This document shows, one piece after another, positions 58,264-64,000 of a stretch of DNA of 64,000 nucleotides. The DNA lies in contig JAHILH010000006.1 in NCBI GenBank assembly GCA_018897195.1, positions 2,152 through 66,151 on the forward strand. Direction: 5' to 3'. The stretch comes from Patescibacteria group bacterium (GTDB lineage: Bacteria; Patescibacteriota; Patescibacteriia; Patescibacteriales; UBA12075). Position 1 is the stretch's first letter. Every line of letters begins with the position of its first letter. The notes below the pieces were generated by a model. It was not told where the DNA came from. It did no database searches and saw only the letters and a program-made list of their open reading frames with translations. Position numbers and translations under genes: made by a program.

Positions 58264-58324
58264 AAATAAATCCCCATGCAATCGGCAGAATGCTTATAAA
58301 AAGATTTAATTAATAAATCCCCAT
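58264..58324 (+). repeat. Exact 14-nt direct repeat AATAAATCCCCATG (2 copies, 47 nt apart) in the 5' region of paralogue 1
   Basis: Copies at 58264-58277 and 58311-58324. Each ATG opens only a 5-7 codon frame. The string resembles the real start context of paralogue 2 (TTATTCCCATGCAA). Confidence 0.6.
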
Positions 58325-58439
58325 GATTTCCATTGTCTAGGCATAGACGGTGGGCAGGTCGAAGTCAGGGTTTTAAAAGCTACATCCTTTATAGGATGTA
58401 TATAAGCGCTTATATCTTAACTAAAATAAAACAAAAATT

Positions 58440-59480
58440 ATGAAACAAAAAAAATTCATAGCCTCGTTGGCGATTGCTTCTTTGGTGTTGGCCGTAGTTG
58501 GTTATTACCCAGGAGTAAACAGCGCCCAAGCCGTCAATTCGTTAACGGCCGCTAAGGCTCTATTGAGTGAGTCAGCCCCTGGTACGGCTGCAACAACGAC
58601 TATTTCTTTTACCTCAGGAACATCAACTGATGCGACTGGTTATTTCGAAGTGGTTATGCCAGCTGGTTTTGGCGATGTCTTGGTTGGTAACGTGACTTGT
58701 TCAACTGGTGCTGCTAGCGCGTTTAACACAGAAACAATTCGTTGTACTGGTGTTCAAGCCGCTGGTGTTAAAACTATTACCTTGGCCAATACAACTAATC
58801 CGACAGCAACTACAAGTCAAGTTATTAATATTGCTCACTACGATGTGGCTGGAAATTTAGCAGAACGGGTACAGGTTGTTGTACAAATCATTGATAATGT
58901 TTGGATGACAGCGCGTGTTGACGCTACCTTAACATTCACAGTGGCTGGTATGAATAAAGATGCCACTGTTAACGGTGCTGTTTGTACTGCTACCACGTCA
59001 GCAACTTCGACACCGTTTGGAACCTTAATTCCAACTATTCCATCAACTGTTTGTCAGGAATTGAAGGTGACAACTAATTCATCTGCTGGTTTTGTAGTCA
59101 CAGTCGAACAGGATACAGAAATGACATCTGATGGTAACGACAATATTAATAGCTTTAAAGATGCTGCTGATGGTGCTGGTTTGGGCGTAGCTGAGGCATG
59201 GGTTTCTCCAAGTACAGTTCTTGATAATGATTGGACTTATGGTCACATGGGTTTAACTTCAGATGATACAACTGTTGTTGGCATGGATTATAATGGTACA
59301 AAGTATGCCGGTCTTATTGGTTCAAGCGTTATGAATGTGATGACACATGATGGTCCAGCTGATGGATCAACTCAAGATAAGGGTAGAGTGGCAGTAGCCT
59401 ATACTGCGGAAATTAACGCCTTGCAACAAGCGGGTGATTATGAAAACACACTGACTTATATTGCGACACCGACTTACTAA
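58440..59480 (+). CDS. Secreted beta-rich surface protein, paralogue 1 (WxL-like C-terminal signature)
   Basis: Signal peptide ending SAQA/V and N-terminal LLSESAPGTAATTTISFTSG. The C-terminal half reads DATLTFTV..TPFGTL..ELKVTTNSSAGFVVTVEQD..YGHMGLTSDD..AGDYENTLTYIATPTY. Own promoter and terminator. Confidence 0.6.
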   Translation: MKQKKFIASLAIASLVLAVVGYYPGVNSAQAVNSLTAAKALLSESAPGTAATTTISFTSGTSTDATGYFEVVMPAGFGDVLVGNVTCSTGAASAFNTETIRCTGVQAAGVKTITLANTTNPTATTSQVINIAHYDVAGNLAERVQVVVQIIDNVWMTARVDATLTFTVAGMNKDATVNGAVCTATTSATSTPFGTLIPTIPSTVCQELKVTTNSSAGFVVTVEQDTEMTSDGNDNINSFKDAADGAGLGVAEAWVSPSTVLDNDWTYGHMGLTSDDTTVVGMDYNGTKYAGLIGSSVMNVMTHDGPADGSTQDKGRVAVAYTAEINALQQAGDYENTLTYIATPTY

Positions 59481-59509
59481 TATTTGATTGCCCTCGGGCA
59501 TGATTTTGC

Positions 59510-59549
59510 TCCCTCCTTGGGTTAATAACCCGAGGAGGGGTTTTGTTTG
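59510..59549 (+). terminator. Strong rho-independent terminator after paralogue 1
   Basis: CCCTCCTTGGGTT-aat-AACCCGAGGAGGG (13 pairs including one G-U), then ttttgtttg. Confidence 0.8.
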
Positions 59550-59683
59550 TCCACAGGTCTAATGAACTTTATTTTTTTAAATGAAATATTCAGCCATTGC
59601 TTAATAATTTTTTTTATTTTTTGTTACTAATTTTAGCCCACCGTTGGGCTTTTATTGTTTTCATTTTACTTTAATAATATGGT

Positions 59684-59713
59684 ATGACAAAATTGGTAAA
59701 AATATGTTATAAT
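59684..59713 (+). promoter_or_regulatory. Extended -10 promoter for paralogue 2: ATGACA-18-(TGt)TATAAT
   Basis: TG 59705-59706 and TATAAT 59708-59713. The string AATGTTATAATAA.TTTAG.AA is shared with the promoter at 61337-61366. Confidence 0.55.
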
Positions 59714-59777
59714 AAGTTTAGTAAGATTTCTCTGTGGACAACATGGAGAAGGTCGAAAATCTTGCGAAAATAAAAGC

Positions 59778-59893
59778 AGTTAAAGTTTAAAGAGGCTTTG
59801 ATTGTTAAAAAAAATATAATATCTAAGATTTAAAGAGGTTTTGGATATTTAAAAAAAATATTTAAAGTTTAAAGAGGCTTTAATTATTTAAAA
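59778..59893 (+). repeat. Three ~40-nt direct repeats (core TTTAAAGAGG(C/T)TTT) in the 5' UTR of paralogue 2
   Basis: Cores at 59786, 59829 and 59868 (spacing 43 and 39 nt), each followed by an A-run. The perfect hairpin CGCTATAGC-caaa-GCTATAGCG follows at 59896-59917. Confidence 0.6.
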
Positions 59894-60083
59894 TCCGCTA
59901 TAGCCAAAGCTATAGCGCGACGAGGAAAAACAAAATAGTTTAAAATAAACTATAAACACAAACAAAAATAAGCTTATTTTTTAATTGATTGCCTAAATAA
60001 CAATCAATTTATCCCTTATAAATTTAAAATAAATTTAATTAATTAATCTGCCTCGGCGGATTGATTGCTTGAATTTTATTCCC

Positions 60084-61130
60084 ATGCAAAAAACAAAAAC
60101 AAGAAGATTTCTTGTTGCCTTAGTAATATTTTCTATGGTAACAACTTATTTGACAATGCCTACGGCAAAAGCGGCTTCATTTGATTCTGCAAAAGACACA
60201 ATCAGTGATTCAGCACCGAGTATTGTTACAACACATACTATCACAGTCAATCTAGGCACCGCTTTGGTAGCTGGTGATTATGTTAGTATTGATTTCGGCT
60301 CCTTTACTGGTGCTGTGGAAGGCAATACTAGTTGTGCTGCTTTTGGTGATTCAACTGCAACCACTACCGTTGACGGAGTTGGTTGTGAGGTTAACACTGC
60401 AGTTAGCTCAACAACAGATCAGACAATTACTGTTACTGGTGTAACCAGTCCAGTGGCTGGTGGTTACTCTGTTTACGCTCGAACTTATAATGCTAGTGGC
60501 GTAGAAATTGAAAATGCGCAAATGATTGTGTATTTAGTAGATGCTGTAACTGTTACCGCTCACGTTAACGCAACTTTGACATTCGGAGTTGCTGCAATTA
60601 ATGCTGGCGTTGAGATTAATGGCGCAACAACAACTGCTACTTCAACAGCAACTGCAGTTCCTTTCGGAACTTTGAGTTCTGTGGCACCTTCAGTAGTGGG
60701 CCAAGAGTTATCAGTAACAACTAATGCTAGTAATGGTTTTAGTGTGACTGTTCAACAAGACGGTGAAATGGTTTCAGCTGCCGGAGCTAACATTAACAGC
60801 TTTAAAATGGCTGCTAATAACGCTGGTTTAGCGACACCTGAAGTTTGGTCTGATCCAGTGGCAACATTGGGCAGTGATAATACTTATGGTCACATGGGTC
60901 TTACCACTGATGATTCTGATGGTGCTATCGGAACAGCCTTTGGTGGTGCTAAGCTTGCAGGTTTAGCTGCAACTGCTCCTATGGAGATTATGTCTCACAC
61001 TGGTGCAGCTGATGGTTCTACACCTGATAAGGGTAAAGTTAGAGTGGCTTACGAAGTTGGTATTACTGACTTACAAGAAGCTGGTGATTATCAATCAACT
61101 TTGACTTACGTTTGTACACCTACTTACTAA
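60084..61130 (+). CDS. Secreted beta-rich surface protein, paralogue 2
   Basis: About half of positions are identical to paralogue 1 by eye (NATLTFGV..VPFGTL..ELSVTTNASNGFSVTVQQD..YGHMGLTTDD..AGDYQSTLTYVCTPTY). I prefer the ATG at 60084 (MQKTKTRRFLVALVIF) over the TTG at 60069. Confidence 0.6.
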   Translation: MQKTKTRRFLVALVIFSMVTTYLTMPTAKAASFDSAKDTISDSAPSIVTTHTITVNLGTALVAGDYVSIDFGSFTGAVEGNTSCAAFGDSTATTTVDGVGCEVNTAVSSTTDQTITVTGVTSPVAGGYSVYARTYNASGVEIENAQMIVYLVDAVTVTAHVNATLTFGVAAINAGVEINGATTTATSTATAVPFGTLSSVAPSVVGQELSVTTNASNGFSVTVQQDGEMVSAAGANINSFKMAANNAGLATPEVWSDPVATLGSDNTYGHMGLTTDDSDGAIGTAFGGAKLAGLAATAPMEIMSHTGAADGSTPDKGKVRVAYEVGITDLQEAGDYQSTLTYVCTPTY

Positions 61131-61156
61131 TATTTAGTAAATAGATTCTATATAGT

Positions 61157-61194
61157 AAAAACTCCTCCGGTTTTACCGGGGGAGTTTTTGTTTT
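61157..61194 (+). terminator. Strong rho-independent terminator after paralogue 2
   Basis: AAAACTCCTCCGG-tttta-CCGGGGGAGTTTT, then tgtttt. Confidence 0.8.
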
Positions 61195-61236
61195 ACCTTC
61201 GCCACGCCGTAGCTTTTTTAGCGTAGGCGGGTTTTT

Positions 61237-61245
61237 TTATCCACA
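61237..61245 (+). promoter_or_regulatory. Perfect DnaA-box-like 9-mer TTATCCACA
   Basis: Just downstream of the paralogue-2 terminator and ~115 nt upstream of the -10 at 61361. Confidence 0.4.
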
Positions 61246-61336
61246 GTGTTATTTTTAAGGCTATTTCGGTTCCTTGCTATGTTCAAAAGTGCTTTAAATA
61301 TGACAAATTTTCTTCCTTTTCTTGTTTGTTAAATTA

Positions 61337-61366
61337 TTGCAAAGAGTGCCTAAAAAATGTTATAAT
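61337..61366 (+). promoter_or_regulatory. Extended -10 promoter for the large 3' ORF: TTGCAA-18-(TGt)TATAAT
   Basis: TG 61358-61359 and TATAAT 61361-61366. Confidence 0.55.
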
Positions 61367-61512
61367 AACTTTAGGAATCATAAATTTGTGCATAAAAATA
61401 TTTCAAATAAATTTCTTCAAAAATAAAAACAAATCATTTCAGTATCCAGCTAAAATTAAGCAAAAACAAAAACAAAATTAATTAAACAAATAATTAATTT
61501 TTTTATTTTTCC

Positions 61513-64000
61513 ATGCTTGTAAGAAAAGGAAAGACTAATATACCCTTTGATTTGTTAAAAAATCTCAGAAGTCAGCTAAAAGAACGAAAGTTTAGCTGGC
61601 GTTTTGTTTTTTTAGCGGGATTAATTATTTATGTGTTTGGTTTTTCGCCTTTTGGTTTTGCACGCAAGACTATTCGAGCGATTATGGGCGTAGATGTGGC
61701 GGTGGTGGATTTATATGTTGGTAATGCGAGTCTTAGTAGTGAGCAAACTGATTTTAAGACTGGTTGGTGGAGTGAGCAGAAGACCCTGGGTGAGCCTGAT
61801 TTGGGACCAAATGATGAGTTAATGGCTTTTAATGATGGTAATTCAGCTTTTTATTCAGGCGGAAAATATTCTTTAATTTTAGATAATTTTTTGCCATCAA
61901 CTGATTACAGCGTAGCCACTGACGATCAAGCAATAATATCAGTTGAGCAGCCAGTAGAAGCCAGCTCATCGGTGACGGAGCCGGAGGTGCAAGGCGATAT
62001 TGATTTAGCTACAACGACTGAGGTGCAAGGCGATATTGATATAGCTACAACGACTGAGGATGTTGTTCAGCCAGATTTAAACACAGAAGAGGAGGCACCG
62101 ATGTCATCTAGTGATGAACCGCTAGTTGATGATTACGACAATGTTCAAATAATAGAATCAATTCAGACACCAGTATTGGATAATGATTCAGTGGAGGTGA
62201 TTGAGCCAGTGCAAAATCCTGGTGGAGCAGAAGAGACGCCAAAAGAAGTTTCTTGGCTCGATAAAACTCTTAATTTTTTTGGAAAAATTAGCGCTAGTGT
62301 GAATAATTATTATGCTTTGGCACAGGATAGTGTAATTGACTTAGAGAGTTTTGGTAATTTTCAAGGAGCGACGATTAAATTTTCTTTAGCTACAGCAAAT
62401 ATAAAGCAAGAAGCAGGCAGTCTTGAGCAGGGGGTTGATAGTGTTGTGAATGTGGAAAATGATTTGCAGCAACTAGCGACATCGTCTGATGAGATAGCCA
62501 GTTCAACTGATGTTTTGCCAAGCGTTGAAGATTTGGTGGCAACTAGTACGCAGTCGCGACTAGATGTGCTCAGGGATTTTTTTGCAAAAAAAGTGAATGC
62601 ACAGACTGATGATAAAATTGTTATTTGGTATGCAGTGGGCGAGGTAACTAGCACATCAACTGATAGTCTTTTATGGCAGGAATTGGGACGAATTAGCAAT
62701 GCGGATGCCTCGAATGCTTTACATGGCGGTTATTTTGAGTATGACGCTAGTTTCTTGAAAAATTGGACAGATGTGAAAAATTTACACTTGAAGCTGGAGG
62801 GTGTAAACGACAGTGAGGATGGTTTTGTTTTTTATTTGGACAGTGCTTGGGTGTCAGCGGAATATGAGGTCGCGGATAATGCGCCAGAGTTGGAGGCTTT
62901 GCGACGAGCACGTTGGGAACAGGCTTTGCAAATGTTGTCCGATCAGAAGGATTTTAAGATTAACGAAAAAGGTGAGATTCGTTTTAAGTATACTAAAAAT
63001 AACGAAAAACTATTATCCAAAGTAGGTGAATTTTTGGGTTGGACGAGTTATTGGAGCGACATTGACTTACGCGCCGAGTTAATTGGTAAAGATGGTCAAG
63101 TTTTAAATTTCCAACCGACGATTTTCTTCGAAGATGACGGTGAATTTGTGATTACCTTGCCCGATTTACCAGCTGATTTTGAGCCAGGTAAATATTCGAT
63201 TAAATTTATTATTATTGACAACTCTGGCGATGTGCCAGAGACGATTGAAATAACTCGAGATTTTAGTTGGGGAGTTTTGGCTTTGAATTATGACAAGTCT
63301 GTTTACCGGGAGAATGAGCGCGCTTATTTGCAGATGGCGGCCTTGGACGACGGTGGCCATACCCTGTGTGATGCGGAATTGCTCTTAAGGATAATTAGCC
63401 CCAGCGGTGTAGTCAAGGAATTTGATACGGCGAGTGGAACGATTGCGCTTAGTCCTGCTTGCGGTCCCGAAACAGTGACTGATGTTCCGGATTATTTTGC
63501 GTATTATGATGTCGCTGAAGCAGGGCAGTATGCCATTGAATTAACAGCAATTACCAGAAACGGGACACGCAACATCAGTGATGTCTTGGAGGTGAAGGGT
63601 AACCTACCCCTTGAGGTGCAGCGAGTGGGGGCGACGCGTATTTTTCCAAAAGCTGATTATGTAATGACGATGCTCGTAACAGCCAAGGAGGATTATTCTG
63701 GCGACATTGTTGAGTCTATGCCAGCAAATTTTAGGGTTGTTAGTAATGATTTACGAATTACTAATTCGATTGAGCGCGATCCCTATGGACCTAGTTTTGA
63801 ATATGAAGAGAATGTTGTCGGTGATCGAAAAATTTTAACTTGGAAAGGTGTGGAGATTTTGAAGGGAGATATTTTGGAGATTAAATATCGCTACGATGCC
63901 CCTGATGTGTCGCCGGAATTCTATTTACTGGGACCATTGACTATTGGCTCTGCGACAGAGATGCGTCCTTGGCAGATTGCTTCGGATGCAGTGATTAACA
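61513..64000 (+). CDS. Large membrane-anchored surface protein, 3' end beyond the window (not in the ORF track)
   Basis: I translated frame 1 by hand from the ATG at 61513 to the window end (829 codons) and found no stop. The product starts MLVRKGKTNIPFDLLKNLRSQLKERKFSWRFVFLAGLIIYVFGFSPFGF (N-terminal TM). An acidic linker with a direct repeat follows (EVQGDIDLATTTEVQGDIDIATTTE), then beta-rich domains. The three track ORFs inside it are in other frames or on the other strand. Confidence 0.6.
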   Translation, partial: MLVRKGKTNIPFDLLKNLRSQLKERKFSWRFVFLAGLIIYVFGFSPFGFARKTIRAIMGVDVAVVDLYVGNASLSSEQTDFKTGWWSEQKTLGEPDLGPNDELMAFNDGNSAFYSGGKYSLILDNFLPSTDYSVATDDQAIISVEQPVEASSSVTEPEVQGDIDLATTTEVQGDIDIATTTEDVVQPDLNTEEEAPMSSSDEPLVDDYDNVQIIESIQTPVLDNDSVEVIEPVQNPGGAEETPKEVSWLDKTLNFFGKISASVNNYYALAQDSVIDLESFGNFQGATIKFSLATANIKQEAGSLEQGVDSVVNVENDLQQLATSSDEIASSTDVLPSVEDLVATSTQSRLDVLRDFFAKKVNAQTDDKIVIWYAVGEVTSTSTDSLLWQELGRISNADASNALHGGYFEYDASFLKNWTDVKNLHLKLEGVNDSEDGFVFYLDSAWVSAEYEVADNAPELEALRRARWEQALQMLSDQKDFKINEKGEIRFKYTKNNEKLLSKVGEFLGWTSYWSDIDLRAELIGKDGQVLNFQPTIFFEDDGEFVITLPDLPADFEPGKYSIKFIIIDNSGDVPETIEITRDFSWGVLALNYDKSVYRENERAYLQMAALDDGGHTLCDAELLLRIISPSGVVKEFDTASGTIALSPACGPETVTDVPDYFAYYDVAEAGQYAIELTAITRNGTRNISDVLEVKGNLPLEVQRVGATRIFPKADYVMTMLVTAKEDYSGDIVESMPANFRVVSNDLRITNSIERDPYGPSFEYEENVVGDRKILTWKGVEILKGDILEIKYRYDAPDVSPEFYLLGPLTIGSATEMRPWQIASDAVIN

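Noticed and set aside
57885-61512. Reading the DnaA-box hits and long AT-rich spacers as the chromosomal origin (oriC)
   Set aside because: The boxes are single and 1.6-3.3 kb apart rather than clustered. No dnaA, dnaN or recognisable AT-rich 13-mer DUE array is present. Each spacer is otherwise explained by a promoter, a long leader and a terminator. A GC-skew analysis of the full genome is still needed.
62361-63360. Track ORFs 62361-62699 (-), 62813-63025 (+) and 63166-63360 (-)
   Set aside because: All lie inside the uninterrupted frame-1 ORF that starts at 61513 and runs off the window. They are shorter and have odd composition.

Overview
AT-rich window (about 35-40% GC by eye on sampled lines) that is very gene-dense, with 43 of 46 called genes on the + strand. 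The style points to a Candidate Phyla Radiation / Patescibacteria (Parcubacteria-like) genome. This placement is inference only. It rests on almost no Shine-Dalgarno sequences, TGnTATAAT extended -10 promoters, a type IV pilus/competence cluster, many huge secreted proteins with Thr-rich linkers, and very little metabolism. Blocks in order: (1) 1.7-8.5 kb holds a DsbA-like/CcdA-like fusion, a YibE/F protein, a heterodimeric ABC exporter and a TrmH methyltransferase. (2) 8.5-18.3 kb holds two large secreted proteins flanking an orphan histidine kinase, then a 1240-aa Lys/Glu-rich protein. (3) 18.4-35.9 kb is a pilus/DNA-uptake neighbourhood: comFC, a TolB-like propeller, pilM, N-like and O-like genes, pilB, a receiver domain, pilC, an SLT-LysM lytic transglycosylase, a membrane-anchored lamin-tail-domain protein, ftsK with poly-Glu tracts, an MBL hydrolase, a pilin and lepB. 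(4) 36-40 kb is housekeeping (hisS, rpsU, yqeY-like, rel). (5) 40-51 kb looks like one long operon: two giant proteins (893 and 1818 aa) with a shared VirB2/TrbC-like pilin-type N-terminal module, two thrombospondin-type-3-repeat membrane proteins, then ybeY and dgkA. (6) ftsA-ftsZ. (7) 53.9-56.0 kb is a compositionally odd two-gene islet, the only genes here with canonical AAGGAGG ribosome-binding sites. It is followed by three spaced hairpins with an invariant loop. (8) A lipoprotein-signal ferredoxin, an MsrQ-like heme membrane protein and a TVP38 protein. (9) 57.9-64 kb is a surface-protein cluster: two paralogous secreted beta-rich proteins, each with its own promoter, long 5' UTR and strong terminator, plus an open frame of at least 829 codons that runs off the window and is missing from the ORF track. 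I recognised no rRNA, tRNA, CRISPR array, transposase or integrase. All work was done by eye; motif coordinates may be off by 1-2 nt and every family assignment needs an HMM or BLAST check.
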